Shown: positions 1-10,307 of the stretch, piece by piece | Position numbering within the stretch: position 1 is the stretch's first letter | Layout of the letters: each line of letters begins with the position of its first letter | NCBI GenBank assembly: GCA_963677925.2 | Contig: CAXXYH010000004.1 | Location: 1,952,001 to 2,016,000, forward strand | Length of the DNA stretch: 64,000 nt | Reading direction: 5' to 3' | Source of the DNA: Spirochaetia bacterium | Lineage (GTDB): Bacteria; Spirochaetota; Spirochaetia; UBA9216 | Notes under the pieces: generated by a model | The model's database searches: none | Seen by the model: the letters and a program-made list of their open reading frames with translations, nothing else | Told to the model about the DNA's origin: nothing | Made by a program: the position numbers and the translations under genes

Positions 1-81
1 AATTTTCCGGTGAATAAATGCTTCCTCAAAAAAGAAACTTTCTGAACCCTGGGGAACCTTCATCATTGTCTTATTATTCAT
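1..81 (-). CDS. 5' end of a probable ATP phosphoribosyltransferase regulatory subunit (HisZ/HisRS-like), runs off the window
   Basis: Manual translation from ATG at 81: MNNKTMMKVPQGSESFFFEEAFIHRKI, resembling the 'xPxG..D/S' N-terminus of HisZ/HisS; only 27 codons visible. Confidence 0.5.
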   Translation of the reverse strand, partial: MNNKTMMKVPQGSESFFFEEAFIHRKI

Positions 82-107
82 GCTTTATAATATCAGATTT
101 ACGGATC

Positions 108-641
108 CTAAGACAACCGTCTGAAAAACAGCAGGATCGAACGTCCGTAGGTTCTGCGGTCTGTGACGGTAAAATCACCGACTTTTTCAGGCCATTTTTC
201 CTCTGAAGGGTAGTGAATCATCAGTGTACCGTCAGGGGCAAGGATACCGGTTGAGGATGCTTTTTCTACGAGCTTAATTTTTCCGTCCATCGGAAAGGGC
301 GGGTCCATATAAACCAAATCGAAGCTGCGTTTACAGATTGACATGTATTTTTCAGCCGACATCATCTTAAGCGAAATTTCCTCTTCGGCAATGCTCATAT
401 TTTTTATTATAACAGGCTTTTTTTTGAAATCCTTCTCTACAAGCACCACCGGTTCCGCACCTCTGCTGGCGGCTTCAATGCCGACGCAGCCCGACCCTGA
501 GAACAGATCGAGAAATGAGTCTCCGCTGATGTTTCCAAGAATTGAGAAAAGCGACTCCCTCATCCGATCCATCGCCGGTCTTATGATTCCCTTGGGACAC
601 TGGATAATTCTGCCTTTGTAGTTTCCGCCTGTGATACGCAT
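108..641 (-). CDS. rsmD: 16S rRNA m2G966 methyltransferase RsmD
   Basis: MRITGG..KGR, RP..DR.RE.LF, LDLFSGSG..GIEAASRGA, DPPF motifs. Confidence 0.95.
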   Translation of the reverse strand: MRITGGNYKGRIIQCPKGIIRPAMDRMRESLFSILGNISGDSFLDLFSGSGCVGIEAASRGAEPVVLVEKDFKKKPVIIKNMSIAEEEISLKMMSAEKYMSICKRSFDLVYMDPPFPMDGKIKLVEKASSTGILAPDGTLMIHYPSEEKWPEKVGDFTVTDRRTYGRSILLFFRRLS

Positions 642-642
642 T

Positions 643-2769
643 CTATTCTCCTGAAATCATGTTGCTGAACGGCGGGCAGGTTTCAAACAGTTTTCTAAGT
701 ACTGAATTCTGCGGCTGCAGCAGTCCCGGATCAGTATCCATCAGCTTCCTGACATCAACTCTTGCTTTTTTAAGAAGATCGAAGTCGGTATTAAGGTCTG
801 CAATTGTGAAGGGCATGAAGCCGGACTGGGCGCTGCCCGCAAGATCTCCGGGACCGCGGATACGCAGGTCCTCCTCTGCAATCAGAAAACCGTCAGTGCT
901 TTCCTTCATCACCTTCAGTCTTGCAGTTCCCGCCTCGGTGAGTTCCGGGCTGTACACCAGAAAGGCATATGACTGATGTTCTCCACGGCCGACTCTTCCG
1001 CGAAGTTGATGCAGGGCTGATAGGCCGAAACGCTCTGCATGCTCAATCACCATACAGTTTGCATTGGGTACATCGACCCCTACTTCAACAACGCTTGTTG
1101 CTACAAGTATTTGTACATCTCCCGTATGAAATTCATCCATGATTTTCTTTTTTTCGTTTTCATCTATTCTTGAGTGGATGAGTTCGACTCTGTGTTCCGG
1201 AAAAATCTCATCCTTCAGTGAACTGAACATTGACTCGGCATCTTTCAGTTCCATTTTATCCGAACTGCTTATAAGCGGATACACAAAGTAGGCCTGCCGG
1301 CCTTCGGACAGCTGTTTTTTTATGAATTGATAGACCTTCTCCTCACGTCCGAGTGCCGCAAGGTGTGTCTCAACCGGCGAGCGGCCCGGCGGCATCGACT
1401 TAATGGTTGTAACATCCATATCACCGAAAACCGTCATTGCCAGGGTTCGGGGGATAGGAGTCGCAGTCATCAGCAGAAGATCTGCAGCCGTATTTTTTTC
1501 CGAGAGGGCAGTACGCTGAAGTACGCCGAAACGCTGCTGCTCATCAATTACTGCAAGTCCGAGTTTTTTGAAGTTTATATCGTCACCGAAAAGTGCATGA
1601 GTGCCAATCAGCAGATCAACCTCACCGCTGGTCAGCGCTTTGAGAAGAAGTTCTCTTTTGTCCTTTTTTACCGAACCGCTTAAAAGCGCCACCCGTATTC
1701 CGAGGGGTGAAAGCAGCCTGTCGGCATTATCGGCATGCTGCCTCGCAAGCAGTTCCGTAGGCGCCATAAATGCGCACTGCATCCCTTTTTCGATGCACCT
1801 TAGAGCTGAAATGAAGGCCACAAGCGTTTTTCCGCAGCCTACATCGCCCTGAAGCAGCCTGGCCATCGGCCTCTCAGAATCAAGATCTTCCAGTATCTCA
1901 TCAACAGCCTGATTCTGGCCATCGGTAAGGCTGAACGGCAGGCTGTCTATCAGCTTCAGATGCAGATTCCGTTCCGGATGGTTAATTCCGGTTTTGCTGC
2001 GTCTGCCTGCCTCCCTGCGTTTGAGTGCTCTCCTTGCTGCAGCCATCTGAAAGTGAAAGAGCTCCTCGTATTTAAGAGTAAGTTCAGCCTTCGCCGTATC
2101 TTCGGTTCTTTCCGGAAAATGTATCTTTTCGACGGCATCGGCTTTTGACATAAGACCGTTTGATAATATAAAGTTTTCCGGCAGTTCTGTGGAAATGAAC
2201 TTGCCGTACTGGTCTACTGCGTTTCTGACGGCTTTGCGGAGGCCTTTCTGTGTAAGCCCGGATGTCAGGGGATAAACAGGAAGTATTCTTCCAAAGCTGT
2301 CTGATATATTCCGCGCGGAAAGCTGCTTTTCGGTGATATCAAAGAGCTCGGGGATTATTTCAAAATCAAAAGCTGTACTCTGCAGTTCGTTGTACCGTAC
2401 GCTGAAAGTACCGAAAACAAGAACTGATGTTCCTTCCTTCAGTTTTTCGGCAAGAAAATTGCGCCCGAAGCATATAAGCGATGCGGGAATCCCCTTATTA
2501 TCATTTAGAAGAATTTTCAGCGTCTGCTTTTTTCCCCAGCCGAAGTACTCGTGAGCCGTTACTGTCGCGGAGGTGTTGACAATGGTTTGTCCTGATGATT
2601 TGAAAGCTGCAGTGAAATCCACCTCATCGAGCCGGTTCTCGTAACTTCTCGGGTAGTATTTCAGGATGTCGCTTACAGAATGGATACCAATCCTTGACAG
2701 TGCGGCCGAGGTCTTTGGTCCTATTCCCTGCAGACGCCCGACAGGCTGCTTAAGCTCTTCCTGAAACAT
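643..2769 (-). CDS. recG: ATP-dependent DNA helicase RecG
   Basis: LLQGDVGCGKT, DEQQRFG, MTATPIPRTL, HQLRGRVGRG, DGF.IAEEDL..RGPG motifs. Confidence 0.97.
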   Translation of the reverse strand: MFQEELKQPVGRLQGIGPKTSAALSRIGIHSVSDILKYYPRSYENRLDEVDFTAAFKSSGQTIVNTSATVTAHEYFGWGKKQTLKILLNDNKGIPASLICFGRNFLAEKLKEGTSVLVFGTFSVRYNELQSTAFDFEIIPELFDITEKQLSARNISDSFGRILPVYPLTSGLTQKGLRKAVRNAVDQYGKFISTELPENFILSNGLMSKADAVEKIHFPERTEDTAKAELTLKYEELFHFQMAAARRALKRREAGRRSKTGINHPERNLHLKLIDSLPFSLTDGQNQAVDEILEDLDSERPMARLLQGDVGCGKTLVAFISALRCIEKGMQCAFMAPTELLARQHADNADRLLSPLGIRVALLSGSVKKDKRELLLKALTSGEVDLLIGTHALFGDDINFKKLGLAVIDEQQRFGVLQRTALSEKNTAADLLLMTATPIPRTLAMTVFGDMDVTTIKSMPPGRSPVETHLAALGREEKVYQFIKKQLSEGRQAYFVYPLISSSDKMELKDAESMFSSLKDEIFPEHRVELIHSRIDENEKKKIMDEFHTGDVQILVATSVVEVGVDVPNANCMVIEHAERFGLSALHQLRGRVGRGEHQSYAFLVYSPELTEAGTARLKVMKESTDGFLIAEEDLRIRGPGDLAGSAQSGFMPFTIADLNTDFDLLKKARVDVRKLMDTDPGLLQPQNSVLRKLFETCPPFSNMISGE

Positions 2770-2784
2770 TATTCCCCTTTCTTG

Positions 2785-3375
2785 TCAGAAAGGCAGGCCG
2801 GCGGCCAGGTTCATCAGGTATCCGAAAAGATATTTTCCGCCTATGTTTGCCGCTATCAGAATTGCCAGAGCTATTCCTAACTGGGTTGAATAGGGTGTGA
2901 ATTTGTTTCTGAATATTACCTTCCGTACCCATGAGGTAATTGGTTCGAGTACTGCATCGATACCTGCTGACATCTGGGCGAGAAATCCTGCGCTGTTTGT
3001 AAACACGGCGATAAGTCTGATTACCGAGAGTATTATCATCAGGAAAAGAATAACAGAAATTATTGACCAAATGCCGCTGATAAGGATGGCAAGGATAATT
3101 CCGATTGTAATGCTTCCGTAAGTGGCAATACTGTTGATTATGTTTATCAGTATTCCCAGGATTACAAAACCGAGTATCGGTGAGAAATCCATCATGCCGA
3201 TTCGCAGGAAGGAAAATCTCCTGAAAAGGTTAAGATAGGGGTCTGTAATTCGTGCAAGGTAGGTGTAAAACGAACCGACCTGGGCGCTTCTGAACCAGGT
3301 AAGCATTACCCGTATAATAAGCAGTATCATGTAAACTGACAGAACTGCGTTCAGTATTTTCATTATCATAATCAT
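2785..3375 (-). CDS. yggT: YggT family membrane protein (two YGGT repeats)
   Basis: Hydrophobic; R...TW, TDPYL..FRR, DFSPI repeat and a second LEPI..VRK repeat. Confidence 0.85.
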   Translation of the reverse strand: MIMIMKILNAVLSVYMILLIIRVMLTWFRSAQVGSFYTYLARITDPYLNLFRRFSFLRIGMMDFSPILGFVILGILINIINSIATYGSITIGIILAILISGIWSIISVILFLMIILSVIRLIAVFTNSAGFLAQMSAGIDAVLEPITSWVRKVIFRNKFTPYSTQLGIALAILIAANIGGKYLFGYLMNLAAGLPF

Positions 3376-3403
3376 AAATGTACTCCGATATCTCTTATAT
3401 TTT

Positions 3404-6400
3404 TTATTCTTTCCATATGTCTGTAACTTCGGCTTTTGTTTTTACTGTCTCAAAAAGTTCATTTGTCGGGTTCACCAGTATCTGGTTTGACGCCTTTATA
3501 ATTGTCTCACTCCGGTTCCCGTTTATATGCAGATAAACCGGACTGCTTCCGGTAAAATGAATGAGGGTATTTCTCAGTTCATACAGGCTTTCCTCATCAC
3601 CGTTGCTGCCGCAGAGGCGTATATGAAGTTCAGCTGTTGATGCCCCGTCTATCTCCTCAGGCTGAAGTATTTTCTCAAGTTTCAAAGTCGGCTTTCCTCT
3701 GGTATTGTCGAATTCTCCTTCAAAACCGTAAACTTCATCGGTACGGATCATTGTTTCATATGCTGCCAGTGTTTTCGGGAAAATAACAGTCTCAATTGAA
3801 CCTCTGAAATCCTCCAGCTCCGCAAAGGCCATTTTATCACCTTTTTTGGTAATCAGCGAACGGAATGTCTTTATCATGCCGATAAGCTTGTATTTTTTAC
3901 CGTTGCTTGCCCGTTCAAGGTTGGAAAGGTCTATATTTGTGACTTTCTCCCACATCTTCCTGTAGCTGTCCATGGGGTGGCCGCTGCAGTAGAAGCCCAG
4001 GAAGTCTTTTTCAAAATTAAGAAGTTCCTTCTTGGGCCACTCCTCTACAGGTTCAAGTTCAATTGAATGAAATTCGGTATGTTCCGGATCATCGAAGAGG
4101 GAGGTCTGGCCGACACCCTGATCCGCCTTGGACCGGCTGGTAAATTCGAGAATCCTGTCGAGATTGTGCATCAATGTCGCACGGTTTTCTCCCAACGAGT
4201 CGAAAAGTCCGGTCTGTATGCTTGTTTCGATAACCTTCCGGTTTACGGTTTTCAGATCGACGCGCTCGATGAAATCGATGAAGCTCTTGAATTTTCCGCC
4301 CTTCTCACGCTGTTTGAGTATTTCCTCAACAGCAGCTTCCCCGACGTTTTTGATCCCGATCAGTCCGTAGATGATCTTGTCATCGACAACTGTGAATTTC
4401 ATATCGGAGAGGTTCATATCCGGCGGGCATAGTTCGATACCCATACCGTTTGCCTCGGCAATATACTGTGTAAGTTTGTCGGGGCTGTTGATTTCGTTAG
4501 TCAGGTTAGCCGCCATGAATTCAGCAGGAAAGTTTGCCTTCAGATATGCAGTCTGATAGGCCAGAACGGAGTAGGCTGCAGCATGAGATTTATTGAAACC
4601 GTAGCCGGCAAAGGGTTTAAGCATTTCAAAGATGTTGTCAGCGTGCTTCTTGTCGAGGCCCTGTGCTACAGCGCCCTCGATGAACTCGATCTTCATCTTA
4701 TCCATTTCTTTTTCTTTTTTCTTACCCATTGCACGGCGCAGAATATCCGCTTTTCCCAGTGAAAAGCCGCCGATAATCTGGGCGACCTTCATTACCTGTT
4801 CCTGATATACAATTACACCGTATGTCGGCTTGAGAGTTTCCTCTAGCGCCGGATCAGGGTATGTAATCGGGGTCTTACCGCTTTTACTGTCAATAAACTG
4901 AGGTATGTACTGCATAGGGCCCGGTCTGTACAGGGCGTTCAATGCTATAAGGTCTTCAATTGAGTTCGGCTGGGCCTGTTTAAGAATGCCCTGCATTCCG
5001 GAACTTTCAAACTGGAAGATACATGTACTCTTTCCCTCACTCAGCATTTTGAAGGTAGGTTCATCATCCTCGGGTATGTTCTCTATGGAGAAATCCGGAA
5101 TTTTTTTCCGGACAAGGGTCTCGGTATTCTTTATAAGGGTAAGAGTCTTCAGCCCCAGGAAGTCCATCTTTACAAGTCCCTGGGGTTCTATCTGGTCCAT
5201 CGTATACTGGGTGGATATTGCACCCGTCTTATCACGGTAGAGCGGGACGTAATCTGTCAGTTTTGTCTGACCGATAACTATTCCAGCTGCGTGTGTTGAT
5301 GCATGACGGCTTAGACCTTCCAGCCTTCTGGCTGTGTCAAAAAGTTCGTTGTAAATTCCGCCGCGTTCTGAATATTCCTTGAGTTTGGGTTCCATTTCAA
5401 GAGCCTTGTTCAGGCTCATTTTCAGCTCATTCGGAACAAGCTTTGAAATGGCATCCGATTCAGAAAAGGGAATATCCAGAACCCTTGCAACGTCCTTGAG
5501 GACCGCTTTAGTTTTAAGGGTTCCGAAGGTAATGATCTGGCCGACCTTCTCCTTTCCGTACTTCTCTGTTACATAATTGATAACCTCCTGCCGTCTTTCG
5601 AAGCAGAAGTCGATATCAAAGTCAGGCATCGATACTCGTTCAGGGTTGAGAAATCGCTCAAAAAGAAGCTCGTACTTGAGCGGATCGATGTCCGTAATTC
5701 TAAGTGCATATGCGACAATGGAACCTGCTCCCGAGCCTCGTCCCGGTCCTACGGGAATATCATTCTCATGTGCCCAGTGGATGAAGTCCCAGACAATAAG
5801 AAAGTAACTGGGGAAGTCCATTGAAATAATCGTATCAAGTTCAAAGTCGGCGCGTTCCTTGATTTCAGGACCGTATCCGGGATAGCGGAACTCAAGTCCT
5901 TCATAGGTAAGGGCTCTCAGGTAGTCTCCGGGGCCTTTATGAGGGGCGGGAATATCGTAAACCGGCAGTAGCGGACCCGGATATTTTATATCAATACTGC
6001 ATTTTTCAGCGAGTTCTACTGTATTTGAAAGAGCCTCCGGCACCTCACGGAATATTTCATACATCTCCTGCTGATTCTTGAAATAGAATTCCTGGGTATC
6101 AAAGGTCATCCGGTTTGTTTCGTTCTTATGCCTGCCGGTTCCTATGCACAGAAGTATATCCTGGGCGTTGGCGTCCTCACGATCGATGTAGTGACTGTCG
6201 TTGGTTGCGATCATCGAAATACCGGTTTTTTTTGATATTTCGATTATTGCCTTGTTGACGGTTTTCTGTTCAGGAATTCCATGATCCTGAAGTTCCAGAT
6301 AGAAGTTGCCTTTGCCGAAGAGTTCATTGTAAAAACCGGCCTTCTCCAATGCTTCGTCATTTTTACCGGACATTATCAGCGAAGGTATCTCTCCGGCCAG

Positions 6401-6829
6401 ACATGCGCTTGAGCAGATAAGATCACCGCAGTATTTTTCAAGGATCTCATCATCAATTCTGGGTTTGTAGTAGAAACCTTCAGTATATCCGGCTGAACTC
6501 AGCTCTATGAGATTCCGGTATCCCTTCTCGCTTTTTGCCAGAAGAATCAGGTGGTTGTATTTATTTCCTGTTTCCGAGCCTGATTTGACAAAGCGCGAAC
6601 CGGGGGCAACATAAAGTTCACATCCGACAACAGGGTTTATTCCGGCTGATTTGCATTCCTCATAGAAACGGAGTGCTCCGAACATATTACCGTGATCAGT
6701 AATTGCAGCATGCTTCATTCCCAGGGATACAGCTTTTGCGACAATCTTCTTTATGGAGGAAGCTCCGTCGAGAAGTGAATAATCAGTATGTGTATGAAGG
6801 TGAACGAAATCAGGTATATTATTCACCAC
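3404..6829 (-). CDS. dnaE: DNA polymerase III alpha subunit
   Basis: FVHLHTHTDYSLLDG PHP domain, GPGRGSGAGS, SMPDFDIDF, YGFNKSH; 1141 aa, no intein; start may be the second GTG (6826). Confidence 0.98.
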   Translation of the reverse strand: MVNNIPDFVHLHTHTDYSLLDGASSIKKIVAKAVSLGMKHAAITDHGNMFGALRFYEECKSAGINPVVGCELYVAPGSRFVKSGSETGNKYNHLILLAKSEKGYRNLIELSSAGYTEGFYYKPRIDDEILEKYCGDLICSSACLAGEIPSLIMSGKNDEALEKAGFYNELFGKGNFYLELQDHGIPEQKTVNKAIIEISKKTGISMIATNDSHYIDREDANAQDILLCIGTGRHKNETNRMTFDTQEFYFKNQQEMYEIFREVPEALSNTVELAEKCSIDIKYPGPLLPVYDIPAPHKGPGDYLRALTYEGLEFRYPGYGPEIKERADFELDTIISMDFPSYFLIVWDFIHWAHENDIPVGPGRGSGAGSIVAYALRITDIDPLKYELLFERFLNPERVSMPDFDIDFCFERRQEVINYVTEKYGKEKVGQIITFGTLKTKAVLKDVARVLDIPFSESDAISKLVPNELKMSLNKALEMEPKLKEYSERGGIYNELFDTARRLEGLSRHASTHAAGIVIGQTKLTDYVPLYRDKTGAISTQYTMDQIEPQGLVKMDFLGLKTLTLIKNTETLVRKKIPDFSIENIPEDDEPTFKMLSEGKSTCIFQFESSGMQGILKQAQPNSIEDLIALNALYRPGPMQYIPQFIDSKSGKTPITYPDPALEETLKPTYGVIVYQEQVMKVAQIIGGFSLGKADILRRAMGKKKEKEMDKMKIEFIEGAVAQGLDKKHADNIFEMLKPFAGYGFNKSHAAAYSVLAYQTAYLKANFPAEFMAANLTNEINSPDKLTQYIAEANGMGIELCPPDMNLSDMKFTVVDDKIIYGLIGIKNVGEAAVEEILKQREKGGKFKSFIDFIERVDLKTVNRKVIETSIQTGLFDSLGENRATLMHNLDRILEFTSRSKADQGVGQTSLFDDPEHTEFHSIELEPVEEWPKKELLNFEKDFLGFYCSGHPMDSYRKMWEKVTNIDLSNLERASNGKKYKLIGMIKTFRSLITKKGDKMAFAELEDFRGSIETVIFPKTLAAYETMIRTDEVYGFEGEFDNTRGKPTLKLEKILQPEEIDGASTAELHIRLCGSNGDEESLYELRNTLIHFTGSSPVYLHINGNRSETIIKASNQILVNPTNELFETVKTKAEVTDIWKE

Positions 6830-6884
6830 AAAATATTACCCCGAGAGAGGTCATTTATTCAATAAGAACTTGCATCTGTCTTGC

Positions 6885-7742
6885 CTAAATAAGGTCATTG
6901 AGGTAGTGAATAAAGGATAGAAGCAGCCCTTCGATCTGCTGCTGATGAAACAGCGAAATGGGCGGTGTCTGATTTTTCAGTGCTGTAGCCAGCCTGTTGA
7001 ACACCGGCTCCTCGGGTATTCCGAAAATAGGCAGCTTTCTGCCCGAAAGAGCGTCTTCAAATTCCCTTGCCCTGAATATTCCGTCGTTTTCATATCCGGC
7101 TGAAAATTTGATTTCAGTCAGGACCTCTTTCTGAATATTTGCAAGGCTGCAGAATGTAAGCACTCCGGGAAAATCGCATTTCAGATTGCCGCTGACCATG
7201 AATTTCTGGAAATTATAATTATTAAAGGGGATTCTGATTCTTGTCAGAATTTCACCCTGCTGAAGTCCTGTTTCAGGATTATCAAATTTCCGCATGGTAA
7301 CCCAGCGGGAGCCTCCGTGTTTTCTGAGTTCCAGTCTTACATCAAGCAGAATGAAAAGCGGATGCAGTGATTTGATCCGGTAGCTGCTGCAGAGATTCCC
7401 GCCTATTGTTGCGAGATTTCTGATTTCATTGGTTCCAATGCTCTGCAGCGCCCTGAACAGAGCCGGTTTCAGAACATGTTCGCCGATTCCGAGAATCCTG
7501 TTGAGTTTAGCGCAGGCTCCTATTTCCAGATAGCCCTCAGAACGCCTTATTGCTGCAAGTTCTTCAATCCTTGAAAGAAAGAGTATATTCCTGTTGAGAT
7601 TCGGGTATTTCTCCGACCTGCTGCTCATAATACCGGTTCCGCCCGCATATATCATGCTGTCGGGCATGGATTTATAAAGTGTGAGCAGTTCATTTACGGT
7701 TTTCGGGTAATAGACCAGGGGTGAGCGGCGGTTTTTCATCAT
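6885..7742 (-). CDS. FAD-binding subunit, xanthine dehydrogenase/CoxM family
   Basis: P.T..EL, AGGT, IRNLATIGGNL, GEILT.I.IP; start re-called to ATG 7742 (ATGA overlap with upstream gene). Confidence 0.85.
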   Translation of the reverse strand: MMKNRRSPLVYYPKTVNELLTLYKSMPDSMIYAGGTGIMSSRSEKYPNLNRNILFLSRIEELAAIRRSEGYLEIGACAKLNRILGIGEHVLKPALFRALQSIGTNEIRNLATIGGNLCSSYRIKSLHPLFILLDVRLELRKHGGSRWVTMRKFDNPETGLQQGEILTRIRIPFNNYNFQKFMVSGNLKCDFPGVLTFCSLANIQKEVLTEIKFSAGYENDGIFRAREFEDALSGRKLPIFGIPEEPVFNRLATALKNQTPPISLFHQQQIEGLLLSFIHYLNDLI

Positions 7743-8221
7743 CTTCTGCGTTCTCCCCTGAACTCCCTGTTCCTGAATGCCCGTTTTACAGCCTGTGAAA
7801 AACTTGAAACGGGGGTGCAGTTGCATACATGGTCAGATAACAGCAGCATTATATCATTCATCTCGGGTTCCCGCCTGTTTTCAATCAGTCTGTGAACAGC
7901 AAGAACCTTACCTGAAAAGCAGTAGGGGCAGGGGATGCATTTTTCGGCAGTCAGAGCTTCAATTATATCAGTGTAGTCCCTGGTCTGGGAAAATCCCTCG
8001 ATGGTGATAATTCGCTTTGCCCTTACCGTAAAGACAGGAACCTGGCATGATGGAACCGGTTGGCCGTCAAGCAGAACCGTACAGCTTCCGCATTCTCCGC
8101 TTGTGCATGCTTTTTTGGTCTGGGTGAGTCCGAAATCCTCCCGGATTACATCAATAAGTCTTTTTTCCGGCGGGGCATCAACAGATACTTTTTTCCCGTT
8201 AAGTGAAAAATCAATCGTCAT
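7739..8221 (-). CDS. 2Fe-2S subunit, xanthine dehydrogenase/CoxS family
   Basis: LNG, TKKACTSGECGSCTVLLDG..V.SC, TIEG; second site CPYC...CNC. Confidence 0.9.
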   Translation of the reverse strand: MTIDFSLNGKKVSVDAPPEKRLIDVIREDFGLTQTKKACTSGECGSCTVLLDGQPVPSCQVPVFTVRAKRIITIEGFSQTRDYTDIIEALTAEKCIPCPYCFSGKVLAVHRLIENRREPEMNDIMLLLSDHVCNCTPVSSFSQAVKRAFRNREFRGERRR

Positions 8222-10307
8222 TTTTTATCTCCGCTGGAAGGGTCTTGCTGTCAAAGAAATGAAAAAGCTGTTCAGGCGATGACGGCAGGTCACTGGTATG
8301 TATTCCCAGCCCCATGTTGATCGCCGAGGTCACAGCAGCAGGAATCAGACAGTCCGGCAGATCACCTATGCCGCCCGGCTTGGGATCTCTGCTTTTGAGA
8401 AAATCTATTCTTACAGGTATATGATTCAGCGGCTGAGGAGGTGCCGCAGGGGTATTGTTATCCTGATGCCGGGTATCAGTGATGGGGAATAGTGTCCTCA
8501 TTACAGAGCGGTAAATTTCAGTTTCCAGCTCTGCCCGGGCCAGGGTTTCATCAACAACCTTACCGCAGTCAACAGCAAGCCAGACGCCCCGCACCGTTGT
8601 ATCCATGCTGATTGGATCTGTTGCTGTTTCTACAACTGCGGCGCCCCAGGATACCGTTGAAAAAGGGGTTCCTGTGAAAGTTTCAGGATCCCAGCTGCTG
8701 CTGCCCGAAAGCCTGTAGCTTCGTTTAACTTCTATGGGAAGAGGCAGCCTGAACCGGCTTTTTTTGATGGCGTTGCAGCACTTTTCTATCAGTGAGGTGA
8801 TTACGGTAATATTACGTGAAAAAAGAGATGGACCGGAGTCCGGTACGAGGGAGGTGCTGGTTGATTCAATCATAACATCATCAGTCTCGAGTTCAAGGAT
8901 TTCCCCGGCGATTTTCTTCCAGAGCGCGGTTGTCTGAAAATTTTCGGGTACTGCCGATGTCATTATTGATAATTTTCCCTCCTTATCAAGCCTTACCGAT
9001 ACGGTATACTTCTCATTCTCTTCGATTTTTCCCATAAAGCCGTTGCCCTGGCAGCAGAGGGATATTCCTATTCCCCTTCTTTTGCCGGAAAATTTATTCA
9101 AATCCCTGTTTACGAGTGTGTATGAAGCCTGTTTGCGGCTGAAATCTGAAGCTGAAGCCACCAGCTCAAGCAGTTTTTTCAAATGCAGGTTTTTACGGTT
9201 TTCCCAGCCGATGGGAAGCTGGCTGTATGACTGTGCAATATTTCTGAACCGCCATTCCAGAGTGTCGAGGTTTGATTCTGCGGCAAGCCTGTTATTGTGG
9301 ATTTCTGCAGCCAGAAAGCCCTGGTGAAAGCCCATTCCGTTGAAAGCTCCGGCTGGAGGCATGTTTGTTATTATTGTTCTGGCCTTTACTTCAAGAGCTG
9401 GAACTTTATATACACCCGAAGCTGAGAAGCAAAGTCTGTTCACTACCTCATCGGAGAGCATCGGATAGGCTCCTGTGTTGAGACTGATGTCAATACTTCT
9501 GCAGATTACATGTCCATTCTCGTCCATACCTGTTTTATGTGTAATTACTGCTTCGGCTCTTCCGGGGGTGTAGAGGATGGATTCTTTTTTAGGCAGAAGG
9601 CAAATCGAGGGCTTTCCGGTTTTCCATGTAACAAGTGCCGAATAGCAGGCAAGCAGGCCTGCGTACCAGAGCTTCCCGCTGTGAGTTTTTCCCATGGAGG
9701 GCACCCTGATTGTGACATCCGCCGGTTTTATTCCTATTACTGAGGCTACGTTATCCCTTACATTAAAGGGCCACTGGGTAGCGCTGATAAGTTCAATACT
9801 GTCGCCGTTTCTGACGGCAGTAGCTCCCTGAGGTTCCAAATCATAATGATGCTGGGGGGCTGTCCGGTATGTTTCTTCTACTACAATTGAAGCTTTGCTG
9901 AAATTTTTTGCAGGTTTTCCTTTTGTGAAAAGAATCTCACGATCAACCTGCTGCTGAGCAAAATCATCAAACTCAAGAGATTGTTCTGTTTCTTCATATT
10001 CAATCACTATTTCGGAAGCAAGGTCATCAAGATCTCTTTCATCCGGCCCGTATATAAGCAGGACGGCTTCTCCCTGATAATTAACCTTTCCATTGCATAA
10101 AATCGGCATGCTGCGGTTGAAAACCTGAAGATTTGTATGTCCTGGAATAGTTGAAAAATCAATTATGCCGTAGTCCTCAGGCATTTCGGGCAGAGAAACA
10201 GATTTTATAATTCCGGATCTTACGGTCGAGCGTATTATCCTGATTACAGTCATTCCTGCTGTATAATAATCACAGATAAATTTTTTACCTTTATGGGTAT
10301 CCGGCAT
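8211..10307 (-). CDS. Molybdopterin-binding large subunit, xanthine dehydrogenase/CoxL family, with degenerate cofactor motifs
   Basis: Overall layout (IRS..SG.I, V.YQGE, QHH..LEP, TQWP, TN.PP.GAF, RGIG, DCG.V, P...PAAV..AI) recognisable; Moco motifs altered (see findings). Confidence 0.8.
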   Translation of the reverse strand: MPDTHKGKKFICDYYTAGMTVIRIIRSTVRSGIIKSVSLPEMPEDYGIIDFSTIPGHTNLQVFNRSMPILCNGKVNYQGEAVLLIYGPDERDLDDLASEIVIEYEETEQSLEFDDFAQQQVDREILFTKGKPAKNFSKASIVVEETYRTAPQHHYDLEPQGATAVRNGDSIELISATQWPFNVRDNVASVIGIKPADVTIRVPSMGKTHSGKLWYAGLLACYSALVTWKTGKPSICLLPKKESILYTPGRAEAVITHKTGMDENGHVICRSIDISLNTGAYPMLSDEVVNRLCFSASGVYKVPALEVKARTIITNMPPAGAFNGMGFHQGFLAAEIHNNRLAAESNLDTLEWRFRNIAQSYSQLPIGWENRKNLHLKKLLELVASASDFSRKQASYTLVNRDLNKFSGKRRGIGISLCCQGNGFMGKIEENEKYTVSVRLDKEGKLSIMTSAVPENFQTTALWKKIAGEILELETDDVMIESTSTSLVPDSGPSLFSRNITVITSLIEKCCNAIKKSRFRLPLPIEVKRSYRLSGSSSWDPETFTGTPFSTVSWGAAVVETATDPISMDTTVRGVWLAVDCGKVVDETLARAELETEIYRSVMRTLFPITDTRHQDNNTPAAPPQPLNHIPVRIDFLKSRDPKPGGIGDLPDCLIPAAVTSAINMGLGIHTSDLPSSPEQLFHFFDSKTLPAEIKNDD

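Noticed and set aside
3384-3391. TCCGATAT as an antisense sigma28 -10 box
   Set aside because: It overlaps the reverse complement of the yggT ribosome-binding site (GGAG) and has no matching -35.
3404-6829. Inteins or introns in dnaE (dnaB also checked)
   Set aside because: Lengths are normal and motifs contiguous.
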